Part shown: positions 13,591-25,789 of the stretch, piece by piece
Position numbering within the stretch: position 1 is the stretch's first letter
Layout of the letters: the number at the start of each line of letters is the position of its first letter
Assembly: GCF_006345805.1 (NCBI RefSeq)
Contig: NC_043011.1
Coordinates: forward strand, 19,914,464 to 19,978,463
From: Octopus sinensis
Lineage: Eukaryota
Reading direction: 5' to 3'
DNA length: 64,000 bases
Made by a program: the position numbers and the translations under genes
Notes under the pieces: model-generated
The model's input: only the letters and a program-made list of their open reading frames with translations
Told to the model about the DNA's origin: nothing
The model's database searches: none

Positions 13591-13649
13591 CGTGTGTGTG
13601 TGAGAATTTCGTTCTGTTACTGGTTCTCTCTCACTCTCTTTCTGTCATA
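13490..13649 (-). repeat. inverted, more diverged copy of the 12109/12360 unit
   Basis: GGTTTTGCTTGTATGTCT...CTCACTCTCTTTCTGTCATA is the reverse complement of the unit. Confidence 0.85.
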
Positions 13650-14990
13650 TTCTCTGAATTGCATTAGTGCGTAAACGTTGAATCTAATTTATCGAAGAAT
13701 AAATTAATTTGGTTTACTTCCAAAACATTGTGTTCTAGAGGATGGAAGGTGGCAAAGCTACACCAGAGTGTAATATCTGTCTCATATTCAGGTTATAATC
13801 TTAAGATCGTCATATGATAATCATGCAACACTGAGAATACTCAGGCGATAAAGCTACGATATAACGGCGGAGAAGGACAAAATGGATGGTCGTGAAAAAG
13901 ACAACTGCATGCATTATTTTATCTCATCTAATATTAAATTGTATTCATCTGTTTATCTTAATAATTGAATGGCACACAGCTTTCGCAATAAAGCAGCTGG
14001 TATGGGAGAGGGAAACGTAATGTGTTATTTGATATTGTTCATTATTAATTTAGTGTAGAAACCAATTTTGTTTCTGTAACTATATTGCAAGACTGAAGTT
14101 TCGAATCGTAAATATGGAAACTAATACGTTTTCCAGGTACAAAGTGCTCCAATGATATGAGAATTAAAGTAAATTTCTGGTTGTATGGCAATATGAGTAT
14201 ATATAGAGATAAGTTTTCAGGTCGAAGTCATTATTTCTTTGTCTATATCAGCAAAATACTGAATCATTTGCCTCATACACTCGATTCACAAAGCTGTCTG
14301 AAACAGTAACTAAATTTTGCACGAATTTAAATTTGATAAACATGCTTTGCACCTGCATTTTGTTATGACATAATTTCAGAAGGAGGAACAGTTTGACATT
14401 ATCCTGGATATACATGCCTGGTGAGAGTGGGGAAAAGGAAATTATTCGCAGGCTAGAGATGTGGTTTGAATGCATGCAAAAGTGAACACCAGTTAATGGT
14501 AGTCTTTGGTTAGGGTAAGAGTTACGTCTCTCACACAGTCTTAAACAACGTAACGCTACAACGATTCAGCATGAGTTAGCATACCATGCTTCGATATAAA
14601 ACTACACAGTGTTTAACAGTTATTTGTTTCATTGCACGTCCTGCACACATGACTGACTGGTTACTCTCCCATGCTATATTACATATTACAGACCGTCAGC
14701 TACTGGTGACAACACCGACTTCACAACCTAAAATCCAACAAAAATAATCACGCTTTTTACAAGGCTTTAAGTACAGTGAAACTTCTACTTACTTATAGAA
14801 TTTCGGCAGAGGTTCTCAGTTCTATAAATGTCATCTAACATCTCACATGCTCTATTTCACATTAGGTTAACTTTTCCTTATAGTTCAACTTGACAAAATA
14901 TATCATTATTAAAATCTTCGTAAAGCAGAATGTTGTCTTATTCATTGTTACTTTTTAGCCAACAAGTTTTGCCGTTGCTTATAATGATAA

Positions 14991-15283
14991 TCACCGTGAT
15001 CACCGTGACCGATCAAACTATCAGATGTTGCTACAAATCGCTGGTCACAATGCGCTTTGCATTGTTTTAGCCTTAAAATGACGCCACCCCGCTGGTTAAG
15101 CGAGCAGGCCAACAGAGAAAAGAGTGAGAGAAAGTTGTGGTGAAAGAGTACAGCAGGGATCGCCACCATCCCCTGCCGGAGTCTCGTGGAGCTTTAGGTG
15201 TTTTCGCTCAATAAACACTCACAATGCCCGGTCTGGGAATCGAAACCGCGATCCTACGCGATCCTACGCCATTGCGCCTCCAC
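14991..15283 (-). mobile_element. tRNA-derived SINE, family C with tail type 2
   Basis: 5' part matches 56637-56822; internal deletion in the head; candidate TSD ATAATGATAA (14981-14990) / ATAAAGATAA (15284-15293). Confidence 0.8.
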
Positions 15284-15914
15284 ATAAAGATAATAAAACC
15301 ATGAATATATGATCAAAACTGCGTCCCACTTATCGGTTATTCTTATACTTGACTTTTAGCAACATATTTTATATAATGCAAGCTCCATATCATAAACTTT
15401 ATAACATTTATGATAATTTATGTTAATTCTTAATACAAATTCACCTCTTTGGCATAGTATACATAATTAATTATCAATATCTAATCTATTTTGCAGTAAC
15501 GGCAATAGACCAGAACGTCAGGCTTCGATCGTCATGAATAAATCTGAACCCAAAAATGTGATTTAAGAAAACAATCTTTCCATGCATGCAGTTGTATCTA
15601 CTTACATTTATTACAACTTTGAAAGTGTTGACTATGTCTCTCGGCTTTTAATGTGATTTTGCATCGATTTGGTAATCTACGGTTCATATATTAGTCATCA
15701 GTAATATTTATTCTCGAAGAAAATATACCTGACATGTTACGAATTCTGGTGAGGTAAATGGAGCATTTATAAGAATCGTTATTCCTAAAATGAACTGAAA
15801 CAAATTGTCTGGATTCTATTGAAAACTCGCTAAAGATAAAATACTTTGCGAAAACTTACTCCCTCAACGAGATTGAACCACTTATCAAATACTAATATAA
15901 TACATTCAATTTAT

Positions 15915-16142
15915 AGGCGGCGAGTTAGTAGAAACGTTAGCGCGCCGGGCGAAATGCTTAGCGGTATTTCGTCTGTCCTTACATTCTGAGTTCAAATTCC
16001 ACCGAGGTCGACTTTGCCTTTCATCCTTTCGGGGTCGAAAAATAAAGTACCAGTTTCGCACTGGGGTCAATGTAATCCACTTAATCCCTTTGTCTGTCCT
16101 TGTTTGTCCCTTCTATGTTTAGCCCCTTGTGGGCAGTAAAGA
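15915..16142 (+). mobile_element. tRNA-derived SINE, family B, full length with 21-bp TSD
   Basis: GGCGGCGAGTTAGTAGAAACGTTAGC...GAGTTCAAATTCC...GAGGTCGACTTTGCCTTTCATCCTTTCGGGGTCG. Perfect TSD AATATAATACATTCAATTTAT at 15894-15914 and 16143-16163. Confidence 0.92.
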
Positions 16143-17001
16143 AATATAATACATTCAATTTATCAGTACATTCATAGAGATTTATTCACGAAAATATTAA
16201 TGACACATTGATACTATAAAACAGATATTATGAAGATATTCAGGGGTAACATTTCTGTACACGCTTTATTCAATAGTTTTATCTATCCGTTCACGAGGCC
16301 AGTTTGGTTTGAAATTTTAAACTATAGAGAGGAATCTTTTGTTTTATCCGTATCTGAGTGTACAATATGACATATAAGCAACGATTATTCCTCATTATAA
16401 GTTTATTAGTAATACATTATTTACTAATTCAAATTCTACTTACTAATTCAAACGGAAAACTATTAATGAAATGCTTTGCAGTATATATTTTCAGTACCTT
16501 ACATCCTGCCGATGCCAGTTTTGTTTTTTATAAGCATATTGGAGTGATAATGTTAGAATAAAATAACAGAAAAATATTTGAAGTTGATTAAAAGTTCATA
16601 TAATGTATTATAGATGTGAATGGAATAAGAATACATTTAACGCTTATTTACAAGGAAGTTAAAAGGAAATGATGAAGTTAATGAAATAGTTATACCCCTT
16701 ACATAGCAGCTATGATATCACAAGCTTTGGTGTGATAACTGTTACGGGTATAGTGTATAGAAAAGAATATTTTTTGACATACAAACATGTATATAAATAG
16801 GATATTTATATAAAAAAAGGGGTTTTCCGATGGCCGGATAACTGAAGAGATGGTGGCGTGGATTTCCACCTCGGCATCGGAAACTCGGAGTTTTATCTTG
16901 ACTACCAAATACTTGTCACATATTACTTTTACAGATAAATTCCTCCATTTACATAATATTGAGGTCTCTTTCTTTCTTTTGTTATCTTACCGTTTTTATC
17001 A

Positions 17002-17036
<35 letters not shown>

Positions 17037-17048
17037 CATACACACACG

Positions 17049-17113
<65 letters not shown>

Positions 17114-17155
17114 CAGAATGAGCTAACAAAGCCAAGTCTGTAAGGAGTTTTCAAG

Positions 17156-17205
17156 ACATTTACAGCTGTTTCTAGGATATTATGGATATCCATTCATCAG
17201 ACTGT
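17156..17205 (-). ncRNA. minimal type I hammerhead ribozyme motif (PLE-type), partly decayed
   Basis: Minus strand reads CACAGT CTGATGA at GGATAT ccata ATATCC ta GAAAC AGCT GTA AATGT. Core intact, stem III palindrome ACAGCTGT, GUA triplet; mismatches in stem I and at the base of stem II. The element ends in (TA)n at 17111. Confidence 0.75.
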
Positions 17206-20200
17206 GGGAGAAGGTTACGTAGAGAAAATATTTGAGTTCGAATTATTATGGAAAAGGAGGAGATATGGAATATAGAGGGAAATAAGACAATGAAAGTAGA
17301 AATAAAATATATAAAGATATTGTAGTTTCAGTTCCATTATCCGAGGAAATTGGTGTATAGAAGTGGTAAAAGAGTTTCCTGTTTAATTTTACACAGATGC
17401 CAAACTTTTGTTAAGCATATTACATTTTTATAAATCAAATATATCAAAAATCTGAATACTGCCAGAGCTGGAAAAGAATTTCTCTTTAAATCTCTATTTG
17501 GGATAATGAAATATTAATTTTAAAGGGAAAATTGAAAAGATTTGGTGTGTAGTAGCTTAATCATTCAAATGTCATGATAAACTTTCAGAAAATATCTCCT
17601 GGAATACAAAAACCATTCTGCGAGGAATGAGTTAATATTATTCACACTTTGTAGCTAAGGATTCCATTCGCAAACAATAGTGTAAAGTATCAACGTTTCA
17701 GGCAAAGTGACTCGCCTTTCACATATTTCATGCTTAACAAAAACAGTTGAGAGAATTTTGCCTAATACGTTATTGGACTATGTACTTGAAAGTACTTAGC
17801 TCAAATCAACTGCAGGAATTTTGTCGAATTTTATGTCAGACAATGTGTATGGCTTCACTGAAGTTCACCAATGACCGGTAATAGAGTGTTTGACTCCTTG
17901 ACGACCGGAAATGAAATAGTGTTCTCTGGAAAGGGATATCTATCACATATTGTACAAGATGCAATAAATTGACAGCTTTCGGTACTGGGTGCATTATGAC
18001 ATATTTGAAGCAGATTTTGTTGGGTTTTCTTTTCATGTAACAGGTGGTAAATATGCTTCGATAAAACGCTTAAGAATATATGCATTTTACTTGGTATAAT
18101 TGGAGAAACATATACAAGAAAGTGTGTTACGTTACAGAATACAGAACCAATCTTTTAAAAATAAACATTTCATGTAATGTAGCAGTCAAAAAGACATTTA
18201 TTTTATTTAAAACTACATCTGCAACTAACTCATAGAGTATTTGAGAATTGGGTACGTATTTAAAAATATTCCTCAAATATTCAGCTAGTGAATATAAATA
18301 CGAATTTCATTACAAGAATTAAAGAGTGAGCCGGAAAAGAGTTAACAGTTTTATGACAAAAATCTAACCATAAATTTTAATAGACAGTATAGCATAGAAC
18401 ACACAGAATTAGTTTTATAGCTTTTATAGCTATTACATAACGCCTGTAGACTCATATGTACGAGAATAAATTAGAGAAAAAATATTAAATTTGGCAACAC
18501 CTTTTGACTTTTTCCCTCTCTAAACATACAATGTTCTAATGTTTTCCTCTTAGTAGCTATTTGCTTCGACATTAGTTTGATGATGTTTATAGTTTACGAT
18601 GCAGTAACAGTATATTTTGATATAACCAAACAATACAGTACCTAACGTAATTATTAAAAATCTTGAACCGGTCTAGCTATATAGAAATATGTTTCTTCCT
18701 TGCGCCTGCTTAACTAGCAATGTATTCTGTCATCACAAACTCCAATTCAATGTTGTTGCATTTCGTGAATGTTTCAATCTAATAGACTGGAAATAATGAT
18801 TGCAGGCAGAAATTTATTTGGAGGAAACCAATTCATATGGGACAATTGGTGTTGTGCTAAATGTGATTATAATTAACGAAGACGAAGAGTGATAGAAAAC
18901 GTTATTGAGATTGCAAAATTTAGGATCCAAAGTTGCCCTTTTCTATATGCGGAGAAAGGTATCCAATCGTAAACTTACTACATAATGAACCACTATAAAA
19001 CGAGAGGTCAGATGAAGAAGAAGCGTAACGACTCACGCGATTTCTTATTTAGGAGTTTAAAAAGTAATAAATTCGCTTTAAACAATTCTGTTACTGAAGA
19101 TCTCGGACGAAAACATTTAAATACTGAAGTTATTCTACTGTTGCTAAAGTAATATATTCGCTTAAAGCATTATGGATTGGATTAAGACTGTTCAGATAAA
19201 TAAGAGGAATGAAACAATATTTTACAGTACGGATTGTGAAAAAATTCATCACCAACAAAAATTGCAAGATATTTAATCCAAACGCCAACATGAAACCTTT
19301 GAAGCAGATCCATTATTTAACTATTTTCAGGAAAGAAAGAAATTTCATGAGACAACTGCACCGTGTTAATGCTTTTTATCAAAGCTTTTTCAAGAGCAAA
19401 TTAATATAATATAAAGTAATGCATTCGGTTGAAGTGAATTTGCAGATGAAAAAACTCGACAAAAAACATCTCAATGGTGCAGTTGATTCATTTAATTACT
19501 TTCTATCATATAGATATTTAAATAATGCAACTACAATAAAGATTCCATTTTGCTCTCTGGATTCACTACTTTACATTGAACGTTGGCAAAGCAATTTTAT
19601 GTTTTCTCTTAGAACCACGTACACTAAAACGTCAATTTATTTATGCTCCTCCTCTGTTAAGTATAAGCAATATAGATAATGATTGAATGTGTTTTTCATT
19701 TAGTGTGACTATTCTTAGCGATTACTTACTTACTCTTAGTAAATATGTATCACATAGCTATCACTGGACTAATAGGTAGTATGAAAAAATTATAAGGGAA
19801 TGTTTTTAAAGCCTATATCATTGTTTCAGATTATGTTCGGCGTGAGAGATCGAGATTGCATTTGGATGATGCTTGAGTACGATAATGGGGAAATAGGAAG
19901 GAATAGTGATATCGGCGTAGAACAGAAGTGTCAGCAGAATCATCTTAACTGTTTAGGAGAAAAATTTAAGGGAGAACTGCCGAAAATTGGAAAACATAGG
20001 AGTTGGTACATCGAGGACCCGAAAGAAAACCATCGAAATATGTTCGTTTGAAGTCCTATAGATGCTCCTGAAGCCATGACAACATGACCACTGCAGTTGT
20101 GTAATTTTCAGTTGCTAACACACTGAGGATAATCTCTGCGGGAAACTGTCAGTCTTCTCATGAACCTTATGCTAAGCTAGTTTTAACAAACACAGAAGAG

Positions 20201-20466
20201 GACTTCGATTGCTGCTTGTTTCCTCATCACTTAACTTCAACTTCTTAATCCCGATATCATCAGACAGGACCCCAAAATTTGTACCCATTATTTCTAGAGC
20301 TGTGTATCTATTTAAAGGCAAATAAAGTGATTCGAATACCAAACATTAGTTATATATTTTAAAGCATGTTCAAAAGATACATTGTTATATTCCTATATTT
20401 AAAACATATATGTGTATACATAAACTTATACAAGTTCATTCCTATTTATATATATATATATAAAAT

Positions 20467-20544
<78 letters not shown>

Positions 20545-21274
20545 ATTACATAATATATATACAGTGAAATAATCATATATATTTTCTGACATGACAATAT
20601 TCTAGATTATATTTGCAGTAAAAATGTCAGTATCCCAAGGCATTTACATTTATATGCCATGAATGTGTATAAGTGCAATGACGAGATTGTTTTCAGAATA
20701 AATTCTACAATCGGTTAAAAGGTGGCATCAAGTATTAGTGGATATATAAAATTCCTGAAGGTTATAATTAGCGTTCACAACTTCAAATGACATGGAAATA
20801 TGATGCGAAGATTTCGGACTTAAATCATATTTCAAACTTTCATATGGTATTGAGGCAAAAACTTTATAATTATATTTTCATTTTCAAGTAAATGTCTATG
20901 AAATAGAATTCAAATAACGAAAAATTAATTTGCTAAAATAAATAATGTTATGTATATATTTTAACTTCTCTAAAATATACGACATATATTTCTCGATTTG
21001 TATATAACAATTTCTTTTTAATGTGTAGAGAGATGTTTCTGTGTTGCTTAGTTTCAGGTCAGTCGTCAGTCATACGTATCGGGGCCGGTGTATGAACAAG
21101 CACGCTTTGCGGCTTCATTTATCTAAAAAAAAAAGTAGCCTATGTAGAACTGCACCATTCGATGTAGTGTTCCTTAGTAAATCGGTAATGTGTACATTTG
21201 ATTGTCTGTTCTCACATGGCTTAATATCGTAGAGGTTTTACATTGATGATTCAAACACACACACACACACACAC

Positions 21275-21330
<56 letters not shown>

Positions 21331-21668
21331 TCTTATATATTGTATGTGCAACTCGATGTGCGATTGCTAAACAATATCTTCCCTCCTTGAATTCCACCAG
21401 TGTGTTGTTGCAATAGTTGAAACAAAGAATTAAATGTGATTCACTCACCTCCGTTATTTGCTTCTTACTTTATATTCTACGACTGAAATAATCTTCCGGA
21501 TTTTGTATTAAACACGTACAAAATAGTATTGTCTCTCAATCGAAATATCGACATATATATATATTATGTTTGGCAGTACGGGCGGGAGTAAGAAGAGAAC
21601 AGCCGGACCCTCTTCATTTACCACACACACACATATATATATATATATGTCTGTGTGTCTGTGTGCGT

Positions 21669-21762
21669 TTACCGTCTCATGGCATCAGTTCCTCCTGGCC
21701 AAAGACCCATTCACTTTGGCGAGTGGGAAAAAACACCTCCTATAGGAGTTAATATCACACAC

Positions 21763-21851
<89 letters not shown>

Positions 21852-21978
21852 TGTGTGTGTGTGTGTGTGTGTGTTGTGTGCATGTGTGTTATTAACTCCT
21901 GGTAGGAGGTGTTTTTTTCCCCACTCGCCAAAATGAATGGGTCTTTGGCCAGGAGGAACTGATGCCATGAGACGGTAA
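21669..21978. repeat. ~310-bp hairpin: ~90-bp unique arms around (AC)n(AT)n(GT)n
   Basis: TTACCGTCTCATGGCATCAGTTCCTCCTGGCCAAAGACCCATTCA... at 21669 is the reverse complement of 21880-21978. Confidence 0.92.
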
Positions 21979-23495
21979 GCAATGTTCATCAGGTACCGTT
22001 CACTCTGACCCATTGGTGGTTCACTTTCTCCAGTTGGTGGTTCACCAGAGGTGGTAAAATCACTGCTCTTCACCTCTTCCTCGCCTGCAGCTTTACTCTT
22101 CTATCTTGCTTCAAACCCAACAAGAGGATTTTTTCAGCTGCCTCTCCCATCCTGCGCTCAGCCACCCTTTGCCCCTTTCCTCTCATTCCAATGGCAGGAA
22201 GTATCATCCATGCCGACTGAACAGGGAACCCCAAACAACCAGCCTCGACTGGGAAAAGTCATATCTCCTTGCAATCCTGCACACGTCTTTCCAGAATGGA
22301 CAGTTGAGATTGAACGTATTTCCTGGAATTTCAGCTCTACAGACATTTGGGTTGATATCAAGGGCTTGATTTCTGAGGTTATCATGGTGGGTCTCCCTCA
22401 AAAATACTTTTACTTCTTCTCTAGAGCAGGTCAATTTCCTTGATTTGGTCTTCCTCAACATTTTTAGAGTGAACCTAAAAGGGTGCTTGACAAATTGCAC
22501 CCGCGTGGTTTACCTTACTTTCCTCCCATTCCGAGTACAGTCTGCCCATCTAAGCCTTTTTTATTTGTCAAGTCACTGATGCCTTCCCTTTCGTCAGCAG
22601 AAGCCCTTTTTATATTGCATATTGACAGGCTTGATTTCTCCCATCCGATGGTGCATCTCCTTTTCTCTTATGCTGTGTACCTTTTTGATTGTTGTATTAA
22701 GCGGTCTGTCCGCAGTTCTGAAGCAAGCTTTTGCCAAACTGAATGCGATAGTCATAAAATCATTCACTTTCTGTTCAGTTGTTCCTGTTAGCATGCAATC
22801 AAATATTATATCGAAGTCTTGGTCCAGTTGTTGCCATTCTTTTGTGTCATTTATCTTGGTCCATTTGATTCTAACTTCAGCTGGGTGGGATTGGCCCTCT
22901 GTGGTAGTATTGGGTGAGTTGCTCTTCCTGACGCCTTGAGGTGACACAGGTGCTGGGAGACTTCCTGTCCTCTGAGGATGTTTCTTCCTTGGACTTCTCC
23001 TGTTCCACGCCAGGTGTTAACAATGTCCGCTGCATCTGTAGCTCTTCTTCTTTTCCACAGCGGACGTGGTTCAGTGAATCTTGAGCCTTTTCACATTCTT
23101 GCCTTGCACATCTTTTATCAGTGACAATTCACTTCCAATACCACCCAAACTAATAATATCTCAACAGGTGCTACCACTGAACATTGCGGCTGTGTCTCTT
23201 CTTTTCCACTGTCACATTTGGCTCGGTGTATCTTTTTCATTTTTCCAGGTCTTTTCACATAGACATTCCTTTTCGAATATCTCTCAAATTAAGAATGGTT
23301 GGGGCAGCTTCTGTGTCCGTAAATCATTCATGGTTGTTAGAGATGGGTCCATCCTGCTGAGTCTTTTATTCTTTCCCCTCGTCTCGTGGGACTCTGGTGT
23401 GCCGCTTGCTCTTAATTCCTATAGCCCAATTGGTTCCCTTTCGCATATATATAACTGGTCTACAAGGATTTTGGCGTTTAGGAAATAGACATCAT
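21885..23495 (-). pseudogene. decayed HERO-like (R2-superfamily) non-LTR retrotransposon, N-terminal part
   Basis: In order: GKNVKRLKIH (zinc-finger remnant), RIKWTKINDTKEWQQLDQDFDIIF...GTTEQKV, FVKHPFRFTLKML...LTCSREEVKVFLRETHHD. This matches the HERO ORF layout as I recall it. Stops, frameshifts and a large internal deletion. Confidence 0.75.
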
Positions 23496-23619
23496 TCCTA
23501 TACAAATTCGGTCTCCTGAATCCAAATATAACCTCTTTGACGTACCGGGTCTAGTTGTTAAGTTATTGAACATCCCTGTAGTCACTATGTATGTGTGTAC
23601 GTCCAATGCGCGCTGTTAC

Positions 23620-24125
23620 CCTATTCTAATTCATTGATTATATGACCGACGTCAGGTAATGTTTTGAAAATACACCCACATAGATTGCACATCAGATTTG
23701 GACCAAGAGCTGCAGTTAAATTCTGATATTTGTGGATCTTCAAATGCCTTTTGAGGCCTCCATTAGAATTGCAGACCTTCTGGCATATATTGCATTGAAC
23801 GATTTGAGCCCAGCAAAAAAGGGTATAGTCTGTCACAAACTGTACAATCAAAATGGTCATTGTGATTTACGTCCTCGATCGTAACATTCTTCTTTAACTC
23901 TCTCATGAGTCTTGCATGCGTTATTCTTCAAATCCTTTCCCTCCACTCCACACTTTTGTTTGCCGTCCATCTCGATCCGAACAAGGGTTTTTATGTCCTC
24001 TGAATCCATTCCAAGTGACTTCATGATAGTCCTAATGCCGTCCTTAAACTTTTTTTTTACGTTTATACCGATAGCGTTTCTCTTCTGCAAGCTCACCTTA
24101 AAACAGCTTTAAATGATTATCGAAA
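23620..24125 (-). pseudogene. RTE-clade LINE ORF2 3' end with C2H2 zinc fingers
   Basis: LF*GELAEEKRYRYKRKKKFKDGIRTIMKSLGMD, DRDGRQTKVWSGGKGFEE, then CTVCDR (degenerate), CNICQKVCNSNGGLKRHLKIH and CNLCGCIFKTL. Confidence 0.8.
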
Positions 24126-24129
24126 TATA

Positions 24130-24585
24130 TGCTTGGTGAGGAGGGTGTTTATTGGACACCCTGCGGAATGAAAAACAAAACCCGTCAAAGGGCAGAGGAA
24201 CTCTTGAGAGTCAACGGCCATCCAATATATGTCTTAAGGCTGTATTATGCGCGGGGACATAGAAATAATCGGACCGAATACCCGATCGCGCGGTTAAACC
24301 ATTGGGAGTGAAGGACTCCTAACCTTTGTTAGGGCATCCTTCTAGGAGAAGTTAACTCAGGTAACTGGGATAACTCCCACATAAAACCTGCGGCTCAGTG
24401 GTTACCGATGATGTTGACCTGTTCTTCTTTTCGGATTATGGCTGCTGTTGCTTAGTGAGTGGGATTGACTCAGTGCACCGGCTTTCCTCACTTTAAAAAA
24501 ATCTTCTTGCACAGGCATTGCACGATAACAACATTGATTAAGCTTCGTGCAATGGCCATACTCGATAACGAGGGGGCAGCCATTA
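24130..24585. mobile_element. unassigned GC-richer repeat, possibly RTE 5'UTR pieces in opposite orientations
   Basis: GC-rich relative to flanks, several hairpins, adjacent to the RTE fragment. The assignment is inference only. Confidence 0.3.
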
Positions 24586-25789
24586 TGTATGTATGTACGT
24601 ATGTATGTACATAGGTACATATATATTCACCCACAAATATTGGTGCATGTGCACGTATGATTTTGCTTTGTGAGATTACATATGTGTTCATTTGTGTTTC
24701 AATTCACGGGTTATCGCCTGGAGATCACAGACAGTTTGACTATTTCATATGTCAATTAATTCCTGACTTTTAAATAAGTTTTCAGTATTTGAATTCTCAC
24801 TAATAGACATTCACTTCAGAATGAAAATGATATTATAAAGTTTATGCTTCAATACCAAATGAAAATTTGAAATACGAATTAAGTTTGAAATGTCGTCATA
24901 TTTGTATATGCCATTTAAACTTGTGAACACTAATTGTAACCTTTAGGAATTTTATACATCCACCAATAATTGCTGCCGCTCCTTTAAATTATTATCGAAA
25001 ACATTTAATAATTACTGGCAGTAATTGCTGAATAAGTAGTTCTGTTTCATTAGGTAAGTGATAAATTAAGTTAGTTACAAATTATATGCTGGATAGTTAA
25101 TCAATGATGATCGTTATAAACAATTAAATCATTTCAGACACTTATGAAAAATAATTGGTAATTTCTGTCGTCAATAAAAACTGTGATTTTGTGCTGCTTT
25201 CCATCATATTTATTCTATCATCGGCAGCTTATATTTCCCATTTGCACCTTTAATGTCAATGCGATGACGTATATCAAACTTTTCGCCTTAACACTTCGTT
25301 TTACGAATTCATTTAACGAGTTATTAGCCATTTTATCTTACTATTATCAATATTATTTATGTCATCAACGGAACGCACATCATTATTCATCCTGCAAACG
25401 CTTTCCGACATGCATAAAATAACAAATTTTATGTATAAACAGATTAAGCTTTGTGTATTCATATGAATTTTCTGTTGCCCGTTCATTCTTCCCCCCTCCT
25501 CCGGAATATGCTTTCTATGTCAAGTACACGCGTACGAAACGAACTAATTCTCTATATATTTGGTACTCAACGTGCAGAAACTTACAACTTCGTATTTCTT
25601 ACTATTTATATGTTGATGTTTTATTGGCTATAAGCAAAATGCACGTAACGATTGTGATTTTTTAGAATCTAGTCTCTTCGGTCATAGAATCAATGAAGGT
25701 TTCCGCAATACGTAGGTGACCTACAAATATTAAGTGTACAATATCTGAACAGAACTGCTAATTATCTCAACATTTTTCATGTTAATTAT

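Noticed and set aside
19090-19125. CTGAAGA TCTCGGAC GAAAAC hammerhead-like string
   Set aside because: There is no stem III or cleavage triplet.
20115-20156. CTGAGGA...GAAACTGTC hammerhead-like string
   Set aside because: Stems I and II do not pair.
23621-23860. Host C2H2 zinc-finger gene exon
   Set aside because: It is contiguous with RTE ORF2 C-terminal motifs and lacks TGEKP linkers.
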